The position numbers and the translations under genes are program-made. From Pseudovirgaria hyperparasitica (taxonomy: Eukaryota): DNA of 64,000 nt. The notes beneath the pieces are model-generated. The model had not been told where the DNA came from, did not search any database, and was given only the letters and a program-made list of their open reading frames with translations. The DNA lies in the NCBI GenBank assembly GCA_010093815.1, contig ML996567.1, one strand, 5' to 3'. Shown piece by piece: positions 12,680-25,899 of the stretch (positions are counted from its first letter, which is position 1; the number at the start of each line of letters is the position of its first letter).

Positions 12680-13265
12680 ATGCTAAATCTCTCCTCCCTC
12701 CAACCACGGCAACTCGCCGCACAAGTCCTCAACTTTGCCCTCGTCCTCTCGACCGCATTCATGCTCTGGAAAGGGCTCAGTGTAGCAGCAGACTCACCTT
12801 CCCCGATCGTCGTCGTATTATCTGGTAGCATGGAGCCTGCATTCCAGCGCGGCGACTTACTATTTCTGTGGAACCGCGGCGTGGACACACAAGTTGGCGA
12901 GATCGTGGTATATAATGTCAAGGGAAAGGATATTCCTATTGTGCATCGGGTGGTGAGAAGGTTTGGTGGCGGGTGAGTTGCACTCTATGAGATAGAGAGG
13001 GAGAGCGATACAAGAAGAGAAGCTGACTTTGGACAGAGAGGAACCGTTACAATTACTTACAAAGGGAGACAACAATATGGCAGATGACGTAGAGTTATAT
13101 GCGAAGGGTCAGAGCTTGTTGAACCGGGAAGAGGATGTGATTGGGAGTGTAGTGGGCTTCATACCGTTTGTGGGATATGTGACGATATTGCTAAGTGAAT
13201 ACCCGTGGCTGAAGTCTGTGATGCTGGGGATCATGGGATTGACTGTCGTACTGCAGAGAGAATGA
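12680..13265 (+). CDS. SEC11: Signal peptidase complex catalytic subunit, 2 exons
   Basis: [51 protein letters not shown]. Confidence 0.97.
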
Positions 13266-13559
13266 CGAGTTGAAGAAACAGGATTCATTGCAGGCGTCAT
13301 AATTTAGGGAAAGCAGGTCATGTCGAATCGTCGTCGTTGGAACGGAGGCTCATATTGCTGGGATGAAACCCTATTGGAGGCTGATCATGTATGACTTGTA
13401 TTCTCATGAACATAACCAGTTCCGCCATAGTATTGCTTAATCCCCCTTTATCTACGACGTTGAGATCAACCATTATATTCAGCGCCCAGATTCAAAACAT
13501 AGTTATCGGGAGATGCTCTATGATTGTGCGTACATGGTAAAAGTCAAAATGATTAGGTA

Positions 13560-13653
13560 TGCGTCCGCCGAGATTCGAACTCGGGTACCCGCCTGGTCCG
13601 ATGTCCTTAGGGACATTGGGAAGGCGATATCCTAACCACTGGACTACGAACGC
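13560..13653 (-). tRNA. tRNA-Gly(CCC) with ~22-nt canonical intron
   Basis: Reverse complement folds as acceptor GCGTTCG/CGGACGC-A, D arm GTCC-AGTGGTTA-GGAT, anticodon stem TCGCC/GGCGG with TT-CCC-A, intron ATGTCCCTAAGGACATCGGACC, T arm CCGAG-TTCGAAT-CTCGG. Confidence 0.93.
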
Positions 13654-14264
13654 GACTGAGGAAGAAGGAAGGCAAACGCGGCTCTTAGCCGCTTGGTCGA
13701 TCCATGCACGTAGCCGAAGCAGTGGTGAGGTTGAGTTCAACATATAGATGTCTAGGTAGTGGTGAAGCTTGGAACCATGTGACTGTTCTGTCTGGAAGCA
13801 GTGACGTGGAGGTGACCGACCACGCGACGGCAGGATGTTCGCAGTTACAGTCACGAGCGTGTGGCATCTTGAGGTCACCGAGAGCCATCTCAGATGATTA
13901 AAGAAGCAACATTCCGTATTGAACCACCCAGCCTAGTTTACAGAAGAAACCCACCTATAAGAAACCATATAAACGGCTATTTCCGCCAGCTCATGAGTCG
14001 CAGACTGCCTGGTTGATATAGAGGGGCTGAGAAGCGCAGCGCCCCAGAATACGACGACCGTGCATCATTAAATACATGTTTGATGAGCCCGATCAGAGGA
14101 AACCTCTGTTGGCAACAAAGCGATCTACATCTCCCGAAATGAGAAATATAGAAATCGCCATGTACCCAAGCTGCGTCCGCTGATTGCACACCCCTCGAAA
14201 GACAATAACACCACGAACCTTCCAGGCCAGATGGTCATCATTGTTTGGAATTCATGATTATGCT

Positions 14265-14729
14265 CTATTCAGAGCCCTCATCATCATCATCGCCTCCCTG
14301 TAGATATGTTAGAACTGTCAAAAAGCGGGAGAAGATATTCTTACGGCAGCATAGGCAGCCTTCTCCTCCTCGTACCGCTTCTTATCAGCGGCAGCTTTGG
14401 CTTCATAGGGGGCGCGCCCCTTATCATTGAGAGCCTTCCACTTCTCTCCAAGGAGCTTGCCAACCTCACCTAAAAATTATCAGCAGGGGTGCGCAATGAT
14501 TGTCTTGGTTTACCAACCAAACTTGATGCCCGGGTTATCCTCACGGACTTTATCACGTTGGTCATTTGCGAAGAACATGTACGCGGACAGACCACGCTTT
14601 GGGGCGTTCGGGTCTGTTCAGATTAGCGCACAGCTTGGCATGTTGGTGACGACGAGATGAATTACCCTTCTTCTTTTTGCCGCCTTCGGCCTTGGACTTG
14701 GTCTTGCGGGTTGCTGCAGCCTTAGGCAT
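14265..14729 (-). CDS. NHP6: Non-histone chromosomal HMG-box protein, 4 coding exons
   Basis: [11 protein letters not shown]...[50 protein letters not shown]...[27 protein letters not shown]. Confidence 0.96.
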
Positions 14730-16472
14730 GGTGATCTGATTTACTACTTGTGGAAAACATATCAGCGGAAGCTCGTCAGGTGCCCGTGTATGAAGCCAGA
14801 GAGCAAAACACGTGAGTCTGAGGGGAGAAATGATCCGTGTTGAACAGGCTCGATGTTGAGCACTCTGTGACCATTTCGAGATTACGTGCATACAGCGCTG
14901 GGATTGTTTTGATAAAGTGCGCGGATGCTGCATCGAGCGAGTCGCGGTCGAATCGCGCGTTTGACGCGACTAAAGAAGGAGAATCAATCAAACAGAAAGG
15001 TACTTACAAATTTAGGGTGGAGTCGTTGAAGAGATTCGAGGATCAAGACGCGTCTGTGGTTGTGGTGTTAGTAGGGAGCGCATGTCAACAAGCGACGACG
15101 ACGATGATGCAAGTCGCGATTCAATTGAAGTTGAGCAAAACATGACGAGAAGAAGCATAGAACAAGTCGAGAGACGCGAGATTAGGCTGGAATCGAGCAG
15201 AAAAAATGGTTGTGGATTATGCGCGACCATTTCGATGCTTGCGAGCCCATATAAAATGTATGGTGAAGGGGGACTTACATTTTGCTGGAGAGGCAGTTTG
15301 CTGTAGAGAGACGTTGTATGGGAGAGTTTGGGTGAGAGAGACTGTATGAGAGAGTGCGCGGGCGGACAGCAGTACTGGAAATTGAATAGGCCGGCACTGG
15401 GCAGGGACCATCAAAGCAATGAGGGGTCCATGAGCTAGCCTCTTTAGGTATAGACCCTGGGCCTCACCTACAAATCGTCCGCCGCGCTGCCCGCCCGTTG
15501 CTATAGCCCAAACCATCCCCAGTTCGTTTTGAGTGAAGTGATCCAAGGTGCTGTTCACTCACTATATTCATTGTTACCTTGAGCCATGTTATACCGACCT
15601 TCGATTTTGTGCGCATGCTGCACTTTCATTGCGGATAGCGCTATGGATTGGGCTTACAGTAGAGAAGTGACAACTGACAAAACAGGGCGTCGAGCTGCCT
15701 GCAACCGCTTGCGCTGGATGGGCAGGACAATCAGACTGGTCCGTCCACGGGACCTATCCTAGGACCTAAGCCCCTTCATAGCACGTGATGCGAGAAGCTC
15801 TACCTAACTAGATTAAAAGGGCGCGAGAAACATACTGAAAACCCCTCGTCAAATGATAACACCTAAAGCTTGTGCGTATTAGAGCTCGCGAAAGTGAGTC
15901 TGCCTTATGCATGAACAGGGTTGGATCACGTGAGTGAAAGGCCCTGTGTGGAGTTTCGCCAACCACCATCGAATCTAGTTCCCTGTGCCACAGTACGTCC
16001 GAAAAAGTCGCGGTGAGGACCCGTCACCTTACTAAATAAACTCTTCACTACGTGCTGGAACTTTGCAGCATTGGTGAAGGGCGAGAGATTGATATAACGA
16101 TATGTTTGTAGTAATCACAAATACTCTTTACTTGATGTTCACAAGGAGCACTCGATCTTTTTAGGCTTTCTGGTAAATTATTTCAAGCGTATTCTTTGGA
16201 TCCAACCGCCTTTATCTAAGCAATCGGCTGACTTGCAGGTTGCAGCAAAATGCCCAAAATATACTTTATCCGACGAGACGTCAATAGGTGACTGTGAGAT
16301 CATTTCGTAAGTCTCGGAATGCTCGAAAACGCCAGGCTCTAATCGGAGTGACAATATGCATCCACGATACAGTAGCGAGGCGCGACGTTGTGTTCATCGT
16401 TGAGATTGGGCTCGATCCCCGTGAGGCCACAGAGCGTAACTTTTTGGTTGACGGAATGAGGCATGATATCCG

Positions 16473-17326
16473 TCACCCAAGTTCCCCTTCATCATCAAGT
16501 ACAAGAGCTGTCATGGCCTCACTATCTGCCCAGTTGATACCACTACCAACTATCATTGCCGCTACAACACTCTTCATCACACGCCAACGCTTACGCGCAG
16601 AGAGTAATTCTGCTTGTGCCTCCATAGCTTGTTTTCGAAGACCTGCGTCTTGAATCTCGTCAGGGACCTGGGCTTTGAGATCATTGGCAAGGCCCAGCAG
16701 TTCTTGGGCGATCGTTCGGTTTTCCTGCATAAGAAAGGCGTAATCCCGCTCGGCAGAAGCCACATATGATGTCGTTAACACTGTTTGTGAAGCGAGCGAA
16801 CCGTGAATCATGGACAAGATATCCCTCTCATTGATCACAGGGAACAACCTCCTATATAGGTGTTAGTATGGCGTTCATTGCGCATGGATCACTTTCACCT
16901 TTCTACAGTAGAAGTATTGGGTCCGCCATGTACTGCTTTGATAACCGGGTCTGTCACGAGAACACTATGAACAATCTTGTTGCGCAGTAGATATCTTGAG
17001 CGCGCCGCGAGAGCCTCGCGTTCGACGGAGATCAGGCGTTGCTCTAAGACATCATCTGACACATTTGAAGGCTCTGGTATCTGTCCTAATAAACCAACGT
17101 GAGCATTTAGTGGAGAAGGTGAGGCAGATTGGAACGCACCTGACAGTCGCATCTCAAGCAGAGCGGACTCTATTCGCAACTCTTCTGTTTGATCCCATAG
17201 GCTGAGTGCCTGTCTTTCGCGCTCCGATAGCACAAGCGCATCGTTGTTAGGCGTTTGTGTGAGATCTTTGTAGGACCTTGACTCATCGGAGAAGCCGTTA
17301 TGAGAGGGCAATTTGGGTTCATCCAT
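16473..17326 (-). CDS. Centromere protein H (CENP-H / Fta3-like) kinetochore protein, ~3 exons
   Basis: Coiled-coil protein with VLVTDPVIKAVHGG, INERDILSM and the CENP-H-like C-terminus RWRVMKSVVAAMIVGSGINWA...LVL. Confidence 0.8.
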
Positions 17327-17569
17327 TTCTCAACTCCAAATATTCTCTGACATTCTCTCAAATTCTTGTTGTACATCTCATATACGCGTCTTCAAGCTTT
17401 ACGATAAAGCTGTAGGACCCTGGCCATGGAACGGCGGCCGCCTTGGCACCGTCCACTAGAACCCAGTTCCATCATCGCGGGCAGCTCCACATCTTCAAGA
17501 TCTCGCATCACACAGGACTCACGTTCTCTTTGGGGACATGCGACACAGCCCCAGAGAGCGGAGCTGGGG

Positions 17570-20500
17570 ATGTCGCTACAGGTCTACGTAACTCATACAG
17601 GCCAACGGCTCGACGCCGATCCTGTATCTTTCAACTCGCTTGAAGCCTTGACTGCATGGTTATCGCAGCGTACTGCGATACCAAAACAGAATCTCCTCCT
17701 CCTCACGACTCGCGCAAAACAAGTAAAGCTACAAGCGCTTCTTACAGAAGTAAGCGAGTGTTTCATTATCACTGATCAAAGCTAACAGTGCGGACAGAAG
17801 GAGATATTTGCGTTCGATCGCTCTCTCTTCTCAGACAGCCAACCAATCCCAAGCCCTGCTCTCGTACCCGATCTCTTTGAACCGGATGAAGCTCCATCTG
17901 ATATATCAAACCATACGGATCTCAAATCATGGCAGAATTTGTTCAAAACACGGAAGGACTGGGCGGTAAATTTGCTAGAGGCAAATCGGACCATGGTCAA
18001 GGATGCAAATAAGTTCTCCGCGGAACTTGCGATCGTCAAAAGGGGTGTACAGCTGGCCACTGGGAACCGCGACTCCCGCATAAAAAGGCTTGAGGCTCAG
18101 TTTGCTGAGGCTCGTGCTTGGTTCGAGGATGTTACTAAAGAGCAAGAGGAAAACCTTCGGAATCTGGAGAGGGACCTGTCTCAGCTCAAAATTATTCCTG
18201 CCAAAAGAGAATTCAAGCGTTTCATATCTCTTGGAGCCACCGATCGTCTGCAGGACCACACTGACTCGTATGTCAACCAAGGGAATCTCACGGACTTCGT
18301 CGACATCTCAGCGGTCAGGAACTCCGCCGCCTTGAGCCAGAATGTCTCAACTAGTTTCAAGAAGCGGGTAGAAGGAATATCAGGGGCTGTTGAAAAAATA
18401 TCGGCTGATTACAGTAGTCTCATAAGTGCCTTATCCCAAGGCCAAAGTCAGTCATCCACTGATGAGCAAGAGCCTTCTCGCCTATTCCAGGAGATTGAGA
18501 CCATAGTCAAGAAGGTTGTGTCAGATTATGAACACGTCCTTGGGATCTCGATCATTAAATCTACTGTGACACAGGTGTCCAAGATGGCCCTTCTACATAC
18601 TCGCAACTATCTCCCCGGTATTCACGAATGCACGATCGAAATGAGCAATCATTTAATACGAGCAATAGAACACAAAAATGCTGCTGTCCAGAGTGGTGTA
18701 GAGAGTATGCGAAGTATAGCCACGATTGATTCCTTGATTATCAAGGTTGAAGAAGATCTAAAGTCACTTGAGATCCCGGCGGAAGGGCGTGACGCTCTCG
18801 AATCATTAGCGATCGTCTCGAAGCTACCGTATGTATACGGATCGCTACAGCTGGAAGCAATACGTAGACACGACTGGTCCGACAAGATGAAACACGATTC
18901 TTCGGTCCTCGCAGAGGAGATGGCGGGCTATCAAGAGGAAGAGGAGCGTCGCAGGAGGAAGTGGCTCAAGACCATCAGTGATTTCATAAACGTTGAAGCT
19001 TTCCAAGATAAAGCCCCCGGGTTTGAAGTCAATATTCGTGGACGAGAACAAACTTGGCCATCTGTAACTCATGAAGCTTTCCGATCCTACATCGATCTAT
19101 TGATGGGCACGAAGGGCCAAGAATCGACCATCCAAGCACTGAGCCAGGCCTTCAAGGAGATAGACCGACCTACCAAGCAGCAGATGAAGCGAGCCAAGGG
19201 TGTAAAATCTGGCAGTGTGCATGAAGCTTCCATCGGTAAAGGATCGTTGATGCTTCGTGGAGATGACGAAATACGCGTCCTTCGAGAGAGTAATTCGAAA
19301 CTCGAGGAAGAGCTGAAGGGATCAAGGAGTCGAATTCGCAAGCTGGAGGGCTTGGTACATCAACAGAATCACACACCTCGCCTCTCTCTGGGCAGTGCAT
19401 TCCATCCAACTCCAAGTCCGGACTTGTCAACGCCTGATGCAAACATAGGTGTGTCACTAAGGTTGCAGGACAATCTGTCTCGACGCTCATCAATGTCTTC
19501 TCGACGACCTTCAACACAACGTGGAGGTGAAGAGAAGGCCCTTCAGCGTCGTCTATTGCAGCTAGAAGGTGAGCTTGCTTTAGAAAAAGATACTCGCATC
19601 TCTCTAGAAAATGACATAGCCGCGAAAGAACTCTCTGCGAAAAATTTACAACAACAGCTTGCAGAAGCTAACTCCCTCAAGCACGATATCATGGAGAACA
19701 TGGAAGATCAACAGAAGGACTTTTCCAACGAGCGTCGATCCTTGGAAGGAGAGATATCGAGGCAAAAGTTCAAGATCGAGGAGCTTGAAGATGAGTTGGA
19801 CCGGATCCTTGGCAGTCGTGACAACGAACAACACGGCAACGAGACTCGAATGCAAAGGCTCATGGAACAACTCGAACATGCGCGGAAAGAAGCTGCGAAC
19901 GATGCTCGACACTCACAAGATCAAGTGCGTCAACTCGAGCAGGACATTGCGAAACGGGACGAAGCGGAGGCAGGACTCAAAGAGATCCTTTGTAGCGTGT
20001 ACAAGCATCTAGCACCGGATGGATACCCCCCCTTCGAGCTCACGATCATCGTTGAACATCTTGAGAGTGTAGCGCAAAGGACAATCGATCATGTCAGGGA
20101 CTTGGAGTCGGCTGTCCAGACCGCGAAGTCTGAGGCGATGGCGTTGCGGTCTGATAACAGCACACGTGAAGCTGATCTAGCGGCAAAAACCCAAGAGCAT
20201 GACAGCGCAGTCCGTAAATTTGAATACCAGTTAAGCTTGAAGGAGGCACAGATTAAATCTCTCGAGTCCGAACTCGAAGGGGAAGGTCGACAGCTCCATG
20301 AGCTAAGGTCTAAATTCGAAGACAGGGAAACAGGCTCTGAAGTGCTTCGGAAGCGTGTAGAGGAAGAAGAGACTAAAGTGCAGAAGATAACAACCGAACT
20401 TACTGAGGCAAGGTCGCATATCAACAGCCTTGATGTCGAGCTACTTTCTATGCAAAAGAAGAACAACGAGTTACGAAAAATCTCGGAGAACGACTCGAGC

Positions 20501-21667
20501 ACGCTCCAAGAACGATCACTACATGTGAAGTATCTCATACAGCGGATCTTTGCACGAAATGAGCGCCTCCTTCGTCTTCTCGAGACCCTCGGATATGCAA
20601 TCAGCTACCCCGAGGAAAGAATGGTCGTCCAACGAATCTCCAAAACAGGTAATAGCACCGTCCTACCTGATCCAAATGCAAGCTTAACATCATCTCCACC
20701 AACCGGCGCAACAGCCTCTCAACATCTGACATACACTCCCACCGACTCTACATTGCTCAAATGGCTCGAAAGCGAACCACCCCCTATAGAAGGTGCTAAC
20801 TACGCCGACCTCCTCGCTTCTATCAATCGCTTCAGCTTGGATACCTTCCACGACGCCGTCCTCAAGCGCATGAAAGACTTTGAGCACACCGCCCGCAAAT
20901 GGCAAAAGGAAGCCCGTGCCTATCGCGACAAAGCCCACCGCGCTGCCTCCGACGCCCACGACAAAATCGCTTTCCGCTCCTTCAAGGATGGTGATCTTGC
21001 GCTTTTCCTGCCCACCCGCGACCAGGCAAATCGACCTTGGGCCGCATTCAATGTCGGTGCCCCCCACTACTTTCTTCGCGAGCATGACAATCATCGCCTT
21101 CGTAATCGCGAATGGCTTGTTGCACGCATATCGAAGATCGAGGAGCGCGTCGTTGATCTCAGCAAAACGCTCAACTCGGCATCTATGCGCGGCGCCGACG
21201 GACTCAGTATGGACGAACGCTCGACGGGTGGAGCGAGCTACGAAGACGATAATCCATTCGAGCTCTCCGACGGTCTGCGTTGGAACTTTGTCGAGGCGGC
21301 TGAGGAAAAAAGCGGCGCGCCCAGCACGCCGGGCCTAGGGAAGAGCACTGTCGCGTCAGCGCACGTCGATGCAAAAGGCAGTATTCGCGTTAAGAGCAAG
21401 ACCGGCAGTGGGAACGACGCAAGTCGCACACTGAACAAGAGTCTTGATTCTCGCCGTAGTAGTGCGAATTCATCGCGCAAGAGTATCGTCGGTGTGAGCG
21501 CGCTCAAAGGGAGGACTTCGACAGAAGGATTAGCGACGGGGAATCCGGTCGCCGGCGGAAGTGGACTCGGACGAACCGGACAGGAGGGAGCGACCGCGGA
21601 GCGAGATGCGAATCTTAATACGATTGTGACTGACGAGGTGCGAAAAGATTTACTTTGGGGTCCCTGA
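17570..21667 (+). CDS. ATG11: Autophagy-related protein 11 (selective autophagy scaffold), 2 exons
   Basis: ATG 17570 MSLQVYVTHTGQRL, intron ~17750-17799, long coiled coil, C-terminal claw domain KIAFRSFKDGDLALFLPTR, WAAFNVGAPHYFL, NPFELSDGLRW. Confidence 0.95.
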
Positions 21668-23363
21668 CAGTCGATTTGTTCTATCACAACAGCCTCATCG
21701 CGTTCTATACCTTTATCGTTTTTGTCTGTGTGTATTTGAATGAGCCACAAACCTTTGTATATCGACGCCATTGAATCGAGTTGTCTTCCTCACAATCTGT
21801 CGCCGTGAGGCTCGTTTTTCTGACGCTTCTCTGCGTATTTCGCACACTAACATGTTGAACCATAGAATCCGATCTTCTCGCCAACGATCCCACCTCCCCC
21901 CGCTTCTAGACCTCCATCCCCCCCGAATTTCACCACGCCCGTTCCAGTGCAAGCAACCACTGCATCACCCTCCAAACCACCTACCAGAACACCCTCTGCA
22001 TCACCGCCGAAAACACCAGCAGGCCCACATGCGGGATCACCGAGTAAACAGCGCCCCCAAGCGACTAAAAGCCTATGGGATTCGTTGTTCCAGTTAGACA
22101 TCAGTGTCGAGAAGGGACGCAGTCCAGGGCGGAAATAAGGCATCAGATCGCCTACGTACGCAGTGAAGATAACCACAGAGGGCATGAATGGATGCGAGTT
22201 GCTCATGATACTTCTGTGGGAAAACTTGCATAGCCACGGAATATATACACTTGCTCGGCGAATATGCGCAGTGAGGATGTCATAGTGAGGATACATAGTA
22301 GTCAGTTCTTCAAACATACCCATTAATTCAGCGGTTCCAGTCAATTTCGCTAATCTTGTCGCATTTTAAGCCAAAGTAAAGTGACCTGAGTGATTTCGAA
22401 AGTCGACTTTCAATAATTATGAAATCTATTCGGGTTGGTCGAACTAGCCTGGACAGCGTGTATCTCTTCGTCGAAGTTCATAAGATGATTTTGGCATTTC
22501 TTTGTTATATTCATGATTCGCCTTACAGCACTCTTTGGATAGATTTCGGGTAAGAGCGGAGGAGTTGTCAGAAACCAAGATCCATATATATCTGAATCTC
22601 GACTTTGGAGGCGAAAACAAGTGTTAAGGTCGCGAAGTTCGCCCCTGTGATACCAGACTTTGCTCGCCAAGGTAATATATTCTGAAGTTGATGAATGAAT
22701 ACCTCAGCGCTGCGTGGCTGGAAATGGACTGGGTGTGCGAGGCTGTATGTCGAAGTATCTGGTCGATGAATCGTCGGAGTCCATGACATAGTTTAGAACA
22801 AAGATGCATTCACCTGAGTGTACAGCGAATTGTTCGTTGGAAGTAAACAAAGATATAATTATATGGAGCGCGTACGATAAGCAGACGTGGGGGGCTTGGC
22901 ACTGTAAACAGACTAGCGTGAGCGAGGTTGAGTTCACGAGGAGCTTCCACCACCACCCACTCGTCACGGTCACAAAACTCCCTGTCCTGGACTACTTGCA
23001 CCGTTCACCCTGTTCACGCGCAGACTTGTCTTACATGCTCAAGCTCTCTCAACCTTCACTTGAAATGCTCTACTATTCACGATCAGCATCGACGTGAAGT
23101 AACGCGTCCGTTGTCCTTCTGCCTTGATCAATCACTGAGCCACAGTCCCACTTCTCGCTCTCCACCTCAGCTGGGAAGCTCTCGATCGTCGGCATAAAAT
23201 CAACACACCGGCCGAGGTCGTTGAAGTAACATTTTTAAGTCTTGGATGAAGACTTATATTTCTATCACACTCACCTGGACCCGTAGGAATTAGGCGAATT
23301 CGCTTCTACCTTCCGCCTTTCGCCGTTCGCCCACCAGTTTAGACCTCCCCCACTACGATCGCA

Positions 23364-25247
23364 ATGCCGTGCTTCCAAGGGTTGGCCGTGAGCATTCATA
23401 CACCGGATGGACCTCTGTCAGAATATTCGATTCAGAGGCAGAATAGATTCTCCCGCATCACGTCGTATATACCTGTTCCTCCCGCTAAGATCCCACCCGG
23501 GTCGAACAAACCAGAGCAGTCGACATTTGCGATCTCGATCACGCTCCTCACACCAGGTCTCAATGTTCCATACTCGGCACCGAAGGCTACAGCCGACGAT
23601 CCTTATCCGCGCCCCAGAATTGTGGGTAGTTTACCTGGATTTGGAAAGGATCGCGGCAAATATGGTCCTGTAATAGGTCCTTACACTCCTCTGACACAGT
23701 CGCCCAACGAGACTATTGCGGCCTACATATATTTTGACGGAAGGGCAAAAGAAGAGGTCGCAACTTTACTACGGCGCGGCGAAGAGACCTGGGTCAATTC
23801 AAGATGGGTGAGCGTACCAGACTCGGAGGGCGGAGGCCTGGCAGAACGAGAATTCTTGTTTCGGGAAGTAGGCTTAGAACGCTGGCTGAACGGGCTTGAC
23901 CTCGAAGGCAAGGATATTGCCGCACGTATAGAGCGCAGGAAGCAACGACTGGAGAAGAAGCGCCTGAAGAAGGACGCTGCAGCTTCAGACGACGAGGTTG
24001 ATGTAAAAGGGAAGAAACCCCTCCAAAAAAATGGCGTACTGCGCTATGGAGACAACAAAGATGCACCGGTAGAAAGTCTTTCTGGTGACGAAGGCCTATT
24101 AACCAGCGATTCGGATTCAGAAGACGAACCGCCCGAGCCCGAAGCAGCCGGGCAAATCAAGGTGGCTCTATTCAGAGTGCTAGCTTCGGGTGAAATCAAA
24201 CGAGGAGAGTACTCTCCCCAATTCGACGCTCATGACGACGATGAGAACGCGGGTCAAAACGGCAATAGTGGAGGCGATGCCGATGTCGATCACACGACAA
24301 GCTTTGCAAAACCAAAGACTTTGGACCCTAAGTCGATCAGCACGCAGACCGTGACTGGTATCGACCCGCCAGATAAGCCATATGCAGTATTCACCTTCTT
24401 GTATAGGGGCGAGAGTGAGTCTTGAACATTTTTGGGCTTCAATATCAGCTGATTTTGTGTGCAGAACAACTCCGCAAGATGGGCATCCTCGCTACTGATG
24501 AGAAGAAAGCACCTGTACCGTTGAAGCGCCGGTCTACTGGTATTGACCTTGGTAACCTGAAACCTCTCACCAGCACTGGTACAAAAGGATTTGCAGGTTA
24601 TCGTGACGGAGCAGCAACGTCGCCCACGAAAGGTTTCCCTAGGAAGGGCAAGAAAAAGGACGACGAGGATGCTATGGATAGCGACGCAGATGATGAAGAT
24701 GATAGGAGGAACGAAGAAGACTACGAAGACATTACGGAAGAGAAAGGTCTATTATCACCAGATGACGCTCTCAAGCAGGGCGAACTTGCGGAAGGTGTAC
24801 GAAAGATTAAGGTAGTCGACCGAGAGACCCGATCGCATGACAATCGCTAATACAGAGCAGCTAAAACGTCAACACTCTGCCGAACCAGTCGCACAGCCGC
24901 CACCACCACCACCTCCTCCAACCGCAAATATGGCCACCCAACCAGAACCAGCTCGAAAGGGATCATTGTCACCAAAGTCTACATCTGTTCCAGCACCTAC
25001 AAGCACGACAACGTCATCGTCAGCGCCAAACTCAGGGGCACCTACGCCATCTCTACCACCCAGCGACGTACCACCAGAGGCCCTCGTCGGATCGCCATTC
25101 AAAAAACAGAGAGCTAGCTTACCGGGATTTGAAGAGAGTGTCCGGAAGAGTCTGTTCAGCAAGTTCGAGAATAAAGAGCCCACTGCAAAAGGCGTAACAG
25201 GAAAACCGCGGGACGATGGCGACATGGACGAAGACGAAGAGCTTTGA
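23364..25247 (+). CDS. Conserved filamentous-ascomycete hypothetical protein, 3 coding exons
   Basis: ORFs 23364-24425, 24422-24850 and 24837-25247 joined by introns near 24414-24465 and 24812-24860. Conserved-looking blocks IAAYIYFDGR, REFLFREVGLERWL, GQIKVALFRV, AVFTFLYRGE. Confidence 0.85.
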
Positions 25248-25899
25248 GCATGCAACGATTGCACCTCCCGGAAGAAAGGAACACTCCACTTCATTCTACT
25301 TACCGCAGCATCAATACTGAAGTCGCAGGGCAAAGGAATTTTATCGCATTGCTTTCAGGAGGCTTTCTGCGCGCTCGCCATACCACTTGAAACTGAGCTC
25401 GCTTGATACCATAACGCCCTGTAAGGAGCGAAAGCACAACATCACTCTATTTGAATCTAACAGGAAAGCAACGGAGGGGCTTGGATGTTTGACGAATATT
25501 ACTATCTTGTCTACGATACAGACACAGCATGGTGGGTGATGAATAAACGCAAGCTTGGGAACACGATACAAAATCCGCACTGTTATACGCATACGTGTAG
25601 TGACGTTCGGTAGATGTGGCGAGAACAATATATCCTTCGAATCTTGTGAGATAGCTGTTGTGGATGGGTGGGATTTAGTATTCCTACCTATGATGTGACT
25701 ACTTGGATAGATCTTATATCTGGCACTTTACCAAAATTGGTCAGCGGAACAAATTGATGCACCTCTGGCTGCTCCTGCACGCCAAAGAGCCATAGATCGC
25801 CTCGCGATTGTCTATGTACGTCAGTAACCATAGTCTGTATAAACAGACCAAATGAGCAGTTTTCTCTGATCTAGTCCGTTAAGACCTCAGCCTCGTCTC

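Noticed and set aside
13590..13617. Hairpin ATGTCC-CTAA-GGACAT inside the tRNA intron
   Set aside because: Structured introns are ordinary in fungal tRNA genes.
9398..13653. Proximity of the tRNA deaminase TAD2 to a tRNA gene
   Set aside because: tRNA-Gly(CCC) has C34 and is not an A34-to-I substrate; the linkage is probably coincidental.
21847..22810. Minus-strand ORF fragments (165, 86 and 73 aa) between ATG11 and the conserved hypothetical gene
   Set aside because: Different frames, no recognisable motif and no convincing splice path. Could be a decayed gene but cannot be supported.
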